From positions 868,001-932,000 of the forward strand of contig NC_081333.1 of NCBI RefSeq assembly GCF_022539665.2: a stretch of 64,000 bases of DNA, read 5' to 3'. Each line of letters begins with the position of its first letter. The first letter of the stretch is position 1. Under the pieces are notes generated by a model, which ran no database searches, was not told the DNA's origin, and saw nothing but the letters and a program-made list of their open reading frames with translations. This document shows, one piece after another, positions 24,901-40,316 of this stretch. Position numbers and translations under genes: made by a program. The DNA is from Daphnia carinata. Lineage: Eukaryota.

Positions 24901-25759
24901 TGCCAATCGTTGATTCCTAACATGTAATTATAGATAGCTTTTTGAAGCTTTACTAAATAGTAACTACGTGTATAGCCTGTCTAATGTTGTGTACGTGTTT
25001 TTTCTTTCGTTTTTGGAGGACAGAAAAGAGAAGGGAACGAGAAGCAGTATATAGAAATATGTAAAGAAACTGAGAAGAAGAAGAAGAAGAAGAAAAATAT
25101 ATATATAGAGATGAAGAGGGAAAAAGAGAGAGAGAGAGAGAGAGGATGAAGAAGAATAATCAAGCTGGCCGAGTTGTTCCTTGACAGAGAAATATATGCG
25201 GAGAAGAAATAGCGCCCGAAGGCTTCTAGTCGGAGAAGGAAGGGGGAAGAAGAAGAAGAAGAAGACGAAGAGGAAAGGTAAAGAAAGAAAAGAAAAAGGC
25301 CGTTCGAATAAAGAAGCAACTAGTAGTCGGGCAGTGGCGTGTTTATGCTAATCTTTACACATCCCGAACAAGTCGATAATAAGAACACGGATGCCTAATT
25401 GTAACGCCGGTTGCGAAATATAATACCATGTTGTGATTCATTCTAAACCCGTTTGCAGACATTTTTTTTGTTTTTGTTTTTTTTTGTTTTTTTTTGCTTT
25501 TCTAAATAGAAATAAAACAAACAAACAAACAAACAAAAAAAAAACGATCACCCCATTAGCACAAATTCGGGTGAAAAGACAAAGACAAAAAATCTGCAAT
25601 CTTTTGACTTGTTATCGACTTGCTCGAAAAAAGAAAAAAACGAATAAAAATAAATGAAATTCAATTCGAATTTGAAATACTAGAAATTCGGTTTTCCTTC
25701 AAAGACTCAAGAGAGCTGGTTCTCGTTTTTGTCTGTGTTGCCCTTTTTATTCTTTTCTC

Positions 25760-25795
<36 letters not shown>

Positions 25796-27580
25796 CCTTG
25801 CCTTTTTGCTCCTCCATATGTTCGTTCTGGTATTTGATGGTGGAATGATAGTGCGCAGTGTCCTGGCCGTAGCCAAGGCCAAATATCCCGCTGAGAAGAT
25901 CATTACGCTACATCTATTGTACACCCTCGGAGCAACAAGGTTTCTCTCTCTCTCTCTTTCTTTGACTACTGAAACATAGCTTTGAAATAAGAAACATTTC
26001 TTCTCTTTTAACTCGAATGTAACTATTTCTATATATTATATATATATATATTTTTTATACATATATATAAGCAGCTGTTGGAGCTTGAACAATGCCAAGA
26101 GACCGATGTGACCGTGCCTGCAACTCCTTGTCTCCCCTCAACAACACACAGACACACACAGAAAAAAAAAAAAAAAAAAAAAAACATTCGTATCTCTCGT
26201 TCTATCTCTTGTGGTGGCTCACAGAGTGTGGTATGTTACGAGACAAGAAGAACAAGAAAAAAAAAAAAAAAAAAAAAAAGAGAAAAGAAGAAGAATCATT
26301 TGATATGACCAAAACGACCATCGGCTGTGAAGTTTGGGGCGAGTTGCGGGACATTTAGGCGCAAATTGTAATCGTAGAAAATGTTGCGTATTCATTTTTT
26401 TTTTGTTGTTGTTGTTGTTTCACGGTGAGGGACTTTTGTGAGCAAAGATTTTCTTTTCTTTTTTTTTCTAGTGGAGGTTGGGGCGGCCCCTTGAGACAAA
26501 GCGAGACAGTTGATCAAGGAGAATCGTCCGACCTTGGCAATCCTACCTTATCTCAAATCCTTTGGCTGTCATTGACTTATGATACTCGACGAATGTGAAT
26601 ATCTGTCATTCACGTTGCCCACTTTCCAGCTTGTCTCCCGCTACTATTATGTATGAATGTTTGGCTGCCTGTCTCGCCGAGCTGTAAACGACCGTAGGCA
26701 AGACACACAGCAAAACAGAAAAAAAAAAAAAAAAAAAATAACGTCAACAAAATAAAAAAGAAAAGAAAAAACAAACAAAACAGAAACGATACGGGTGTTT
26801 AGAGATGTGGCATTTTCAAGTAGCAGACGAGAAAGTTTTGGGGTACAGCGCAAAAAAACATGTATACGAGGATGTTTTTTGTTTTTTTGGGGGGGGGGAT
26901 ACTATTTTCTATATACAAGCATAGAATACATATTCAGAAAATAAATCCCCCCCCCCCCAAAAAAAGAAAAGAAAACGAAATAAATAGAAAGGTAAGAAAG
27001 AAAGAAGAAGAGCCGCCATGAAAATGCTGGAGAGAAGAAGGAACTCGATTGTTTCCGCGTGACGAAGAGTCGCATTTTCGCATGACTCTCTAGCTGACTT
27101 TTTGGGTGATTGCTCTGACATTGACAAACGAGTTGGCCATCGAGTATGCATTCATAGAAGCCTTTTAGGAGTGCTGTTGAAGATGGCCGTGTGTCTTGTT
27201 CGTTTGAAACGTGGCGCTCTCCCCATCGAGGACCTCCTCTTCTCCTCCTCTTTTACCTTTCGTTTCCCCTCCTTCATGTAACTTCTTCTTTTTTTTTTTT
27301 TTCTTTTTACCTACCTCTTTTTCTTTCTTTCTTTCCTCTTCTTTTCATTCCTACCCTTTCTTTGATTCCTTTATAAATATATATATATATATATTTTTTT
27401 TTTTTGTATTTTTATTTCCTACCTCTTTTTCTCTCTCTCTCTCTCTCTCTATCCACGTTTATCAGCGGTTTTTTGTGTGTGTGTGTGTGTGCCGGTAGTA
27501 GAGTCGAAACGATTTCAATGAGAAAAAAAAAAAAAAAAAAAAAATGTTTTCAAAGGTTCAAATTATTCATCCGTTCGTTT

Positions 27581-27611
<31 letters not shown>

Positions 27612-28022
27612 GTTCTTTATCTTGTGTGTGTGTGTGTGTGTGTTGTTGGTCGGCTTGTTGACGGACGGGTTCGCCAGAGCTTTAGAAAGACATTGGGACC
27701 CATTGGGTCTTTTTTCACGTGGCGTAGAGAAGAAAAACAGTAGCCCATTCAAGTTAAGAAGAAGAAAAAAAAAAAAAAAAAGGAAAACAACTCGTAACGA
27801 CTTGTCTTTTAACTTTGGGCTGGTCGTTGTCTACCATTTCAAAAGCCACGCCTCCTTACCCTCCCAAGTGCTTGGCGTTGATATGTGAACGTGGTGGACA
27901 GACAGCTTTTCCTTTTTTTTTTTTTAAATTTTTTATGATGTACCCTATTGGTAAAAGAAATACGGGAATTTGAAGATGGTCAATATGATTCATCATACTA
28001 AAAAAAAAAAAAATTTATATTT

Positions 28023-28057
<35 letters not shown>

Positions 28058-31000
28058 ATCTAGTAAAAATATAAAAAAAAAAAAAAAAAGAGAGGGGACC
28101 GAGATCTGCCAACGACGATGATTTGGAAAACGGGAAGTATAGACATGAAGAAAAAAAAAAGGGGGGGAATTCCGTTATGCCCTGAAACCAATCGAAACAA
28201 AGGCGATCGTTGTATAGTTTGCTATTGTATGTAAAGTAGAGAAGGTTTTTTTTTTTTGTTTTGTTTTTTTTTTTCCAGCGTTTTATTTATTTATTTTTTA
28301 TTTTCTTTTTTTGTGATAACGGTGGATGTTGGTTGCCGGAGAAGAGAATGGATCTCCTTTTGGCGTGCTGCAATAATGACTTGCAATAATGCGCACTGTA
28401 TTGGTCACCACGACCGAACACAATCGGCTACCACACTTGATGCCAAATCTAAAAATACAAAGAATTTATTTGATTTTACTTTTTTTTTTTAGATAATTTA
28501 CACGTGACGCATTTCGTTCTTTTGAATAACAGGGGCGATTGGCATTTTTGACGTGCCATTTTCGGTCTCACTGATAGCGTGAAACGGCTACTAGGCATGG
28601 GCTGATTTTGAAAGCAAAAAAAAAAAAGAAAACAAACAAAAGTAAGAGAGAGATGTGGTGAGGGGAAAAAGGGGCGTCCATCATAAATGAGGGGGGGGGG
28701 GGTAGAAAAGAAATTGTCAACCACACGAGAAAAGTAACAAAAATACTTTGCAAAAGTCGTTGATGTTGTTAAACAACCGGTCTTGTTATAAAAGAAAAAA
28801 ATATATATATTTACAAAAAAAAATAAATAAATAAATAATAAATAAATAAAAAAGAAGAAGAAGAAGAAGAAGAAGAAGGCCGGAAAGTCAACAAAAAAGA
28901 GGGGGACATCATCTTGTTGTTTTCTATAGTTAGACCGGTGGCAAGCCAGCTTGTATGTATATACAAGAAGCATTTTGTGTTAAAAAAGAAAAAGGAAAAG
29001 AAAAAAAAAAAAAAAAAACTACAGCCAATTTGTCGGCTTCTAATCATGTGCCAGCTTTTTACCTTTGTGGGCTACTGTTAAATTGTAGTGCTGGGGCTCT
29101 CTGCAACAAAATGCTGTTATTAGTGGCATTATTAGTGTGGCGGCCTCGAGCGTCCCTCCATCACGTATTCTGTTACATCTGTTACACGGACACGAACTGC
29201 GGAATCCCACTTTTGACCTGTGCTCTCTCTCTCTCTCTCTTTGCCGCGTGTTCTCTGTGTACATACGTGTGATAATTCATAGGTGTCGGTTGCAGTCTAG
29301 CCACCTTATAATTTTCCTCCTTTTTGATCGTGGGTGAAAGCTACCAGTCACGCGAACACAGACCAAATCGCGCGCGCATTCCCTCCCACAACAATTTTGT
29401 ATCTCTATCTCGTTTTTTTTTTAACCTTTTCTTCTCTTCTGTTCTTTTTTTTTTTTTTACCTCCTTCTCTTTCTTCCATGTTTTCTCCTTTTTTTTTCAT
29501 TCTACTGCGCTGCTCTTAACACATACGCAGAATAAGCAAGAAAATTGTGTTTTGCTACAAGAAGAGGAACTCCAAGCCTGCGGGCAACGATGTCGTTCGT
29601 TTTCTGCGACAAACGATTCAATATATTTTTTTTTTTTTTGAACTCTCTCTTGTAATACAGCTTGATTAAATTCATACCAAATAAAAAAAAAACAAAAAAA
29701 AAAACAGTTCGGTATTACGAAAAGGACATTAGTTATTATCAAAGATTTGTTGCCTTTCGTGGTCGACCAGCGACCAATTAAGCGTCGTTTCTTTTTGTGA
29801 ACCTCCTCCCCCTTTTTTTTCTTTTTTTTTTTTGTAAATGCACCAGGTTACCTGTGAACGCAGGCCATTTTGTGTGTGTGTGAGGATAGACTAATTAGAA
29901 GAAAGAAAAAAAAAAGAAGGGAGAAGAAGATAACTATCGCAGCGAGTCTTTTACATCAGTCGTTTGAAATGAACGCGACGCGGCAGTGAATTGGTCATCA
30001 AAGCTAGTTAAAGAGTATTGCACGTCGTTAAAAGAGGTATTCAAACGTAACGTATCTCCGTAATAAAGCCGAGCAATTGCTAGCAGGTAAAGCCGTCAGC
30101 AATTGTTGAGCTCACGCACGCAGCCAACCAGAAAAGGGTAGAACAAACTTATTATTTTTTTTTTTTTTTTTAGGATGCTTCGTTTCACTCGGCAAATTGT
30201 GTTCTCGCTTAGGGCACAGCTGATCGGAAATAACTCAAACGGTACCTATATGGCTACCTGAAAAAAGAAAAAGGAACCACGTGACTTGTGTACTGGGACA
30301 CGAAAAAGGGACACGGGCGTTCATCTTGTCGGGCAGGGACTGTTAGACAACGTTATCGGCATTCGGCGAGATTCGCACGCCAAATTATCGGACACGAACG
30401 ACATCTTGGCCAGTCAATTAGCAATTCATTATACAAAAGGGCGACCAACATCGATAACGTCAAGAACTCGCAACGCTTGATTATGAAAAATAAACAAACG
30501 CGAAGGTTGTTACGAAAGGAAAAAAAGAAAAGAAAACAAAAACAAACTAGAACGTCGCTTGTTGTTTCTTTCGAATTCGTGATCAAGTTCTCAGACGATG
30601 ATGTGATATTTGTTTTCGTTTGGCTTTTCATCACGTGAAAAGAGACGCAGTAGTTTGGTAGCAGCGGTTACCCACCATTCTTAGATGTTTTTCTTCTTTT
30701 CCCCCCGCAACGACGTGTGAAAGCACGAGCTTCTTAATTACGTGAGCAGCCGGTCATTTTTACAGTTCACGCAATGTTGCAGTTATTTCCAATTCGAAGG
30801 CATTTTCCCGAGGATATTTAGACCACCAGCTTTGTTTCGTTACCAGTTGCAACCAAAATCAATTTAACCAAGTATGCACATAGACACACAGACACACGCA
30901 GTGGCTCTGCGTCGGTGTGTGACTCGACTTTCCAAACCGGCTTTGCTTAACAGGCAGAAAAATGTTTACATGATCGATTGGTAAATGTCACTTTGTTTTT

Positions 31001-34000
31001 TGGTTTTTTTTTTTTTTTTTTTTTTTTTTTGCCTCCTCACTATGCATACGTAACGTCTGCACCACATTTTTTGTTTTTTGTTCTTTTCACATCCTAAAAC
31101 AGTACATACGTGTTTTTTTTTTGTTTTTTTTTGTTTTTCATCTGTTGAAGAACGGCTTCAACTTCATCTAATCAAGCAACTCAAATGATTTTTCTTTCCT
31201 TTTTTTTTTTTTTTTGCCTCTTAAAAAGGCAATAGGCTGAGTGGATATGTCGTTAAAGCCCTTCGTTTTCTTCTTCTTCTTTTTTTTTCTCGGAATGTAA
31301 AAGTACATAAAGAAAACAAGAAAAGAGGAGACATTTTCGGGGGGGTATAGAAGAGAAATATGGCTGACTTGGATGTGGGAAATATGGTCGGATGGCAACA
31401 TTTCATTGAAAATTTCGAAAGCGACCAAGGTGGCACTACAGCAAACGTACAATTCCTGACTCGTGTGCATTCTCTCTCTCTCTCTCTCTTAAAAAGTCAA
31501 AGAGGGAGAGCGAGGGAGGAAGAAATGGGACAAGGGTCAATTCTTTTCAAGGGATACAACAGAGAGAAAAAGAGAGAGAGAGAGAAAAGTCAGATGCTTG
31601 CTTTGCACAGCTAGGCGGCTCTGCTAGACATTGTTGCCGGCGGGGATAAGCCTCCTGCAGGCCCCCGCTCCCCTCCACCATCTTTGCCCCATGCTGTGTG
31701 TTCTGCAAGTCGAGGTACCACTATCATAGAAAGTTGTTGAAACCGCAGGATATCCCGCATTTTTGGCTTTCGTCTCGACCTTTTCTCTTCCATCTTCATC
31801 TTTCTTCTGCTCTCTTCCTTTTTTTTTTTTTTTTTTTTTTTAACTAACACAGAGCGAGAGAGAGAGAGAGAGAAAAAGAGAGAGAGAGAGAGAACAAGAA
31901 AAACGAGAGAGGGAGAGAACCCCATTTTTGGATAGCGTCCATAGCCAGCTGGAACCGAACAGCGGGGATTCTGCCGGCTTCTTTTCTTTGCATTCTGATT
32001 TTTTTTTTTTTTTTTTTTTCCCTTTTTTTTTTTTCTTCTTCTTCCTGAAACAATGTGTGCAACAAATCCAACTTTTCTTGTGTGTGTGTCCTATCTATTC
32101 TAGACATCGATCGAAAACTTCCCAATGCCTTCCCATTCAGCCTAGACATACGATCAGTTGTTTTTTTTGTGTGTGTGTGTGTGTGTGTGTGTAAGTTTGG
32201 TAACCCTGTGCGCTATGCAGACACCCAACCAGCTGCATTTCAACTTTTTTCTAGTCCGTCAATAAACCCACGGATATTTACAACATTATCCCTCAACTTA
32301 ATTTTTTTTTCTTCTTTTTCTCTAGTCGCATTTCATATCGTATATTTTGTTATTCATTGAAGGTAGTAACATCATTTGTTTAGTCGTGTTAGAACGCGCG
32401 ATACATATTTGCACGAATTGCGGCCATCTTTTTTTTTTTGGTCGATCAGCTGATTACGAGGATTCCTTGCCCGAAAGAAGAGAAACAAAAAATGAATTGA
32501 TTTAGGAAATGAAATCAAAAAATTGTATACACGACGAACTCTGAAAAGAATTTGTTGTTTCTCTTGGTCTTTATTTTATTTTTCTGTTTCTTTTCTTGTT
32601 GTTTCGTCTTTTGTGTATTTGTGTTTCGGAGAATCGCTGAGTCAGGGTCAGCTGTTAGGAGCCATTATAAATCGGTCGAACTTCCGTTTTTCGTGTAACA
32701 GATAAATCGTGTTCCTTCACGGAGTTGTTTCTCTTTCTTTCTTTTCTTGACGTGACCTCTGTTAACAATTAACAATTGATTAGTCAAAAATGTCAAGTGC
32801 GGTACGTCCCAGTCGTTGCTGGTTTGTTATGAAGTGATTATACAAGAATGAGAGGAAGGAGGGGGGGGGCTCGGCTTTGGTCAAAATACCAAGTCTGAAC
32901 GGTGAGTGCTGATAAGCTTAAGACAAGTCGAGGGGGGAAAGAGAGATAGAATGGGAGTAGCTGAAGCGGCATCGTGAATCACAGCGATGCCTATCTTGGT
33001 CATCGAGTCTATATCGGCAAAGTAAGGTATATATATATATATATATATATATACAACCAGCAGCTAATTAAAAACCAATAAGTCCTAAAAGCCGACATTG
33101 ATTGATCACTAATATCTGGTCCGGTTTTCTTTTGTTTCGTTCTTTTTCGATGTGAGATCACTTCTTTTCGATGTTTGCACCAAACGATTTCGCGTACGTC
33201 GTCTGCACGTATGGCGGTCGTCTTCTATTTCTTTCGATCAGCGGGGACGTGTAGAGAATCGGTTTTTTTTGTTGTTGTTGTCATTCACAAGATTTTTGCA
33301 GCTGCGGCTTTGCTAGACTTCCTGTCGCCGTGTCGAAGAATAGAATGAAAAGAACCACCAAAAAGAAAAAGAAAAAAGAAATACTCGACTATGACTCGTT
33401 AAAAGATATAGCTTGATCTATTCACTTCTTAGAGTGTCACGTTCCGGTCTAGAAATGGAGAAATCCTGTCCGTCACACTTGAAGAAACTTTCAGAAGCAG
33501 AAAGAATGATGAAAACTATTTGTTTGGGAAATGCCGAGTGTTACAGCAACGAGTATTTTCTTCCACCCCCCCCCCCCCCTCCTTCGGAATATCGAAAAAC
33601 TGGAAACTCTTTGTCGTCACTGGGCTGAGCGCAATCCTTTTCTGTTTTTGTGTTGTTTTTTTTTTTTCTTTTTTCGTCTTCTTCTACGAGCTTCGTTTGA
33701 AATATTTCAACTGTAAACCAAGGACATTTTTCATTGGTATTTTTTTTTTGTTTTTTTTTTTTCTTCTTCTTTGGAGATAAAGTATATTACGTTATCCGAT
33801 TCTCATCAAATGTCGCCATCAGTATCTCGCAGGGGGGAATATTGCCAGTCTTGTCACGATTTGTTTCTGGCATTTTAGTACATCGTGTCGTTTTATTTTA
33901 TTTTTTTTTTACTTGGTTTATTTATTTTTGTTTCTTCTTTTTTGTTTACGTACAAAAATCTATTCGAAAACAAAATAAAACAAGAAAACAATGTTTGCCT

Positions 34001-37000
34001 TGCTCATTTCAATTTTGTCGGTTGTTCGTTTTTTTTTTTTACTCAATCGGCTTTCGACATCTGTTGCCAAACCGAACTCTCGGAATAAAAATCGGCTCAT
34101 TGGCGGTGTAGAAGAAAAAAGGGGGGGGGGGGCAATCGAAAAAACAAAACAAAAAAAAAGTACTTCAAAAGAATTCCTTATCCAACATATTTGTGTGGAA
34201 TGAAGAAAAAAAAAAAAAAAAAAAAAAAAAAGAAACGCATTTGTTTGTTAATTGAACGAAGAAAAAACAAAAACAAAAAAAAACTTTAAATAAGGCAGGA
34301 AAGAAAAACAATCGATCAAATTCGTCTGGTGTACGGACCGATAGAAACGTAACAAAAGTAGGTAGCTGGTAGCTACGACACAGGCCAGGCCATTACAGAT
34401 TACTGCTATCATCCACTTTGGTAGCCTAAGAGGTCCTCCCCGTTAAAATTTAAAGAAAAAGCAAAACAAAACAAAAAACAAATTCGGCTTCTTCTTTTTC
34501 CCTTTTTTGAAGAAACGTTGCATTTCTTTGAAACCTGTTTCTCCAACTAGTCGGCCCGTGAAATGAATCCTCATATCTTTCGTGCTTGAATCGTTAGGCT
34601 TTCGTATGTATTGTGTACGTGTGTTTTTTCTTCTACCCTCGTTTCTTCGTGAATCAATTTGAATTTCTGTTAATGTAGATTCTTATAAAATAAGCCCTTT
34701 TCCGGGATTTCATTTTTTTAAACCGAAAAAAAAAACAAAAAAAAACATGAATGCATTTCTTTTGTTCTCACACAAGGGAGAAAAATGAAACATTTTCAAA
34801 GAAGTTGGGTATAGAACGAAAAACGGTTGCCGCTTTATTGGGATATTAGCATTGAACCCATACATAGCTCGAAGACGCACTAAAGATTGCTAAAAATGTC
34901 ATTATCAAAGCTACATTGTAACACTTTTTTTTTTTATATAGCCTAGTAAACTATTAGATTAAAGGCAATAACCGTGTTCTCCTTTTCTTTCTTTTTCGTT
35001 CACAGAAAAATCACGTTTGTTCCCCTTCCCCTGCCCTAACAAAAATCATAATAATAACGCTCTGATTTTAAAGAAAAAGAAACGGAAGCATCTGATTGCG
35101 CGGTGACTCCATTTCTCGCGATGGCCGCTAACAATCAAAGAAAAGAAAAGAAAAGAAAACAATTCTTTTTTTTTTTTATTATTGTGGAAAATCAACGAGA
35201 CTATTTCAGAAATGAAATTCTAAAACAATAAAATGATGGCAACCATTTAAACTTGTAAGCACACACACACACACACAGAGGTGCTACGATGTTCTATGTT
35301 TTCGAACAAAATGGACGTCCGTGCGTAAACTGTACCAATGTGAGATGGGTCACCCGTTTTGATTTTCTTTTGTTACGTTGAATCACGTCCCAAAAATGAA
35401 ATTTCGAGTTGTGTAAACAGTCCACTGTTCGCTCGGTATGTATACGTTATTATTATTATTATTATTTTGGTGATACAGCGGGATCTGTCGGCAATATGAG
35501 AGTTTCATTACGAGAAAAGCGAGGGGAAATAACATTTCTCGAGCGGAATTGATAAGTAGTCGGATGACAAGATATCCAGGGGAGAATGGAATCCCACGAA
35601 TGCTTGGGAATGTTTTTTCAGAAAAGAAAGAAAAGGAGAACTCTCTTTTTTTTTTTTTTTTTTTTTATCTTCAATATGGACCTGGGTTTACTGGCCTTGT
35701 GACCATCAGAGATCTTTTTCTTTCTTTTGCTCCACGGCACAGAAGGTCAAACCTAACCTTTCATTCTTTTGACTATTCGACTGTTCCACCCAAAACCCCT
35801 CGTACACAACCCCTAAAGAAAAAAATTTCCGGTCTTAAGAGACAGAAAAATAGAAATATATGTATATTTTTTTTTCTCTCTCTCTCTCTCTCCTATGTAG
35901 GCTGCCTTATGTGTAAGTCAAAAGGTTCCACGACAGTCAAGTCATCCTTTTGTGTGACTGCAGCACACTCTTCTCAAAACGTCCCCCCCCCCCCTTCAAA
36001 AAAAAAAAATGTTCCACAAAAGACTGGCCATTAGCAAGTAAAGAGAGGAATAAAAAATAATGTATTTAATTTATTTAATTTTTTTTTTTTTCACTACTCT
36101 ATTAGAACAAGGACAAGCTTATATGCTGTTTAAAATGACATCAAATTCTTGGTGGGGACCTGACGAAAAAAAAAAACAAACAAAAAACAACATTCAGAGG
36201 GCTCGTTTCATTGCGATGGCATACATGCAAATTCCGCTTGCAAAGCATCTGCTTTATTAACTTAAAAAATGTTAGTGGATGAAAAATTAAGGATAATGGA
36301 GGTTACTCGTTTTTAGTGCTTGAAAAGGAAGAGAAATCTCGATCTAGTTTTGGGAATGTTAAACATCGTTGAGGTGCTTTGAAAGAAGAACCGATTTCCT
36401 TTCAGTTTATCAATGGAAAATAGCCTCCCTTTTTTTTTTCCAGTTTTGTTGGGGGTTCGTGATGTATTTTTGCATTAGTGAATGTGAATAACAGAAAAAT
36501 TCACTCTGAAATAAATCATAATACATGCGTTGCGCAGTCCGAACGTTTGAATATATAATTCGGCCGTTTTATAGGCGAAGCCTACACGCACAACATGATT
36601 AGCGCCACAGCAAAGTTCCAATGAAAACAAATACAAAATTAACAAGTATCGAAATGATTAATTTGAGCACATTATCGTGTGCATTTGTAGCCTAAAATCA
36701 GTCGTCTAGGCGGGTATAACGTTGGATGTTGTCGTTGCACGGCGAAGTGAATGCCAGTACGTTCCGATTTCAATTCGTTTAATTCATTTAAAAATAAAAA
36801 CGCAGAGTAAAATGTCATCACTGCCGAGTGTTGAAATCTCAATCGAACTCGCAAAGTTTCGAGAAAACGAAAAGAAAAATTCTCAATTTGACCGATTCAT
36901 AGGTGAGATTTCTCAGCCGTCGCCAAAGACAAATGATCCGGTGCCAAAGATGTGCTCCTCCTATTGTAACACTAGACGCGCTAAATATAACAGCCGTTGG

Positions 37001-40000
37001 ATTAGCAAATCCATAATCTCTGGCACAAAGAGAAGTTTCAATTCGTTCGTACTTTTCTCAGCTCAAAACAGGATGTCGTTCACGCTCTTCCCGTATCTCA
37101 GGAAACAAACGCTGTAGGCCCGTAGCAATTACAAAGTACATACAAATCCATAGCGAGTGCCATTTCTCTTTCCCAAGTGACATATCTTTATGTTTTAACC
37201 ATTGCGAAAAAAAAAAAAATAATAATAATAATAAATGAGCAGCTCGATAAGGCTTAAGTAGTTTTTATTGGTAATAAATCCTGAGGCTCAGGAAATCCAA
37301 ATGTAGCAGCCACATAAAAGAAAAAAAAAGGCCACTCTTGCCATTTGGATGCTCGTCCCTTTCCTCGTAGGTACTGCACACACACACATCCTGTAGAGCT
37401 TTTCTTTTAACCACAACATCTACCTAAAAATTCTTTTGTATTATTTTGAAGGTAGAAAGTCGAAAAAAAAAAAAGGCGAGTAGCCAAGAGCCTTTTGTGA
37501 ATATTGGCGAGAGAGAGTACAGATGCTAGGCCAATTCCTTTTTTTTTTTTTTTTTTGGTCGGGAACCTCGGTGTAGTATGCGAAATATATTCACAATGAA
37601 ACCTAATCCCTCATCTTCTCCCATTGGCCAGGTATGGCAAAAACCGAAATGGTTGTGGATTGACCCCTCCCCTCCTCCAAAAAGCCAGGAGACAAGTTGA
37701 CTTGCTTTTGGGATACATTGTTTTGACGAGACGGCAAGAGAGAGAGGACGAAATTCGTTTGCATTTCATCGAACAATGTCTCTCGCTGCACAGGCCATTT
37801 GACTTGTCCAAAAAATAAAAAAGCGTTGGAGCAACACAACGAGAGACTTAAAAAAAACAAACTAACGGCTCTATAAGAAACCAATGAATCGTGAAATTGC
37901 GTCATCAGCTAATGATTCAAATCATTAGAGCTCTGAAATTTTATTTTCCTGTTTCCTGGCCCCGATAACGTTCGAAACATCGCAGAACTTGAAAGTTATT
38001 GCAAGAAAACTTAATAGATCTCATTCAATATTGGTCAATTCAATTCAAAATATATAGATTCTACTTTTGGGATATGGAAAACGAGTCACTATTTTCTCTA
38101 CCCCAAACAGAAAAAAATAAATAAATAAAATAAACGGGTTTTTTTTTTGAGGGGGGGGGGGGGGGACGAGAGGCATGTCAAACGCGACGGACATTTGTCT
38201 AAACAAAACGCAAAACAAGCTGTTTAAAAAAGAAAAAGAAAAAAAAAAAAAACGTAGCCATTTTTCTGGTGTTATCAACGATTTCCCTTCTTTCCTCCGT
38301 TAAACTTAACGCACAAAAAAAAACGAAAAGAAAGAAAATAAAAAAAAAAAAAAAAAAAATTCCGTTTAAGGTCAGAAAAGAAAAAAATTCTTCAACCAGA
38401 AGAAAAACATCGGACAACCCCCCTCCTTCTAAACGGGCAATCCCTCATCGAACCGATAAGCGAATCACGACGCGATGTGCGGTAGTGTATATACAATCGT
38501 ATATACTGGGCCCCAGGAAGCAAAGGAAAAAAAAAAAAAAATGAAAATGGGCAAAGTGGTGGATTGTCTGACTCGAAATGAACGAAAAACATGAAAGGGA
38601 GATATAGCATGTAAAGGGAAAAAAAAAAAAAAAGAAAAGCCGGCCCCGTCTTTTTCCATCTTTCTCTTTTGACCATAGCCCGAGTTTCGCATTCCTAAGA
38701 AGACCGTGACTTCCCCCGCTGTTAGAAATATTTCCTACTTTTTTTTTTTTTTTTTTTTCGAGTCGATGGATGAAGAAGAAAAAAAAAAAAAGGGAGGAAG
38801 GCTGGAAAAGCAGCTGATAGCGGCGTTTTCGAATCTTGAAAGTTCCTTTTTTTTTTTTTTTTTTTTTTGTTAAATTCTCAAAAACATATTCTTGGGCATG
38901 GATAATATACCTTCTACCATTTTTTGTTTTTTTTTTCTTCCCCCTCTCGATTTTTTTTATTTTTTTGACTTTTGCTGTACGAGTTGAAGTAAGTAGTCAA
39001 CCTTTATTCACCTTAATAGGTTCAATCGAGCGAACACCCCCTCAACAGGGTTTAACTCCCCCTAGCTCAAGTTGCAGAATGAAAAAGAACTGGCGGGTTA
39101 TAAACACACACGCACACACGGATTCAATTGAATAGATCGTTTTCAAAAAAAATCCTTTACACCCCGCCCTTTATCTTCGACAACGAGTTTAACTTACGGC
39201 CTTCCTGTATTTTATTTCCCTTTTTTTGAAAACCTATTCTTCTTTAATCGGACATTTTTTCTTGCATGACTTGCGTGGAATGTATTTTCACTTCTTTGAC
39301 GGACTCAATGATCCGAAATGTCAACCCACACACGCACACACACACACACACACAAAAAAAGAAATAATAAATAACTTGGTTGAAAATAATAGTTTAATAC
39401 GTGATTTTCTTAAAAGATAAAGTTAAGCGGGGTTGGGGGGGGGGGGGAATGTTGCGTTTATTTGTTATTTCATTTCGGGAAAAAAAAACGTGCGGAAAGG
39501 CGAATCTGAAGAATGTTTGCGCGACGCATTTATTTTTTTTTTTCTCCCTTGCTTATTCCTCAACTTGTAGTCGTAATGGGAAACATACAAAAAAAAGAAA
39601 AAGAATGAAAGAACTATGTGGGAGGAGGCAACGAGAAGAGGAGGTTTATGCCCGCAGGATTGCCTCTTTAATTTCCAAGTCAAAAGTGTGTACAGTGTCT
39701 ATATATGCTAGGCAAAAACTGCTATACAAGCCAGCTAGCCAAGAAAAAGAAAAAAAAAAACAGGCTGTACGTATATATTCGGGCTGCCTTAGGAGGAGCT
39801 TGACTGTGTATGACGGGGCAGCAGCGATACATCGGTGCGCCAGAGGTGTTTCTCTATACTGTAAAAAGAAAAAGAAAAAAAAAAAAAAGAACAGGGCGAA
39901 AGAGGGGAGGTGCTAGTCGACCGTCTATTGGCTGCAACCGAGCAGGAAACCGAGTCAGGTGACGGCTTACCTGTCCTACTCAAGGCAGAACGAGTCTCGA

Positions 40001-40260
40001 AGTCAGTTAGAGTGGTGTTCTGATAGACTCTCTCTCTCTCTCTCTCTCTCTCGCTACTTACATTTGATTACTCTGTTTTTTGTTTTGTTTTCTGCAGTCC
40101 ACCCCTACACAACAACTGACTTATTGGAGCCGACAAAACGCCAAAGTGACGCAACATTTGATTTTTTTTTTTTCAAAACATCGAAGGCGAGTGTGAATTT
40201 TGAAGGCGAGTGGCATGCGACTAGTGGCCCATTGTTTCGACCAACAGGCATAATCTGAAA
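19000..40260. repeat. Region dense in poly(A)/poly(T), (GT)n, (CT)n, (AT)n, (GAA)n and poly(G)/(C) tracts, with no recognisable gene; probable upstream regulatory region of fj
   Basis: All ORFs are low-complexity poly-F/poly-K translations; no conserved protein motif seen. Boundaries approximate. Confidence 0.7.
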
Positions 40261-40316
40261 AAAAAAAGAGAAAAGAAAAGTGATGTTTGTTTTGTGATTA
40301 TGTGCATCAGCTCCAA

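Noticed and set aside
16500..40200. Numerous 60-170 aa ORFs
   Set aside because: Poly-F/poly-K products of homopolymer and microsatellite tracts with no recognisable domains.
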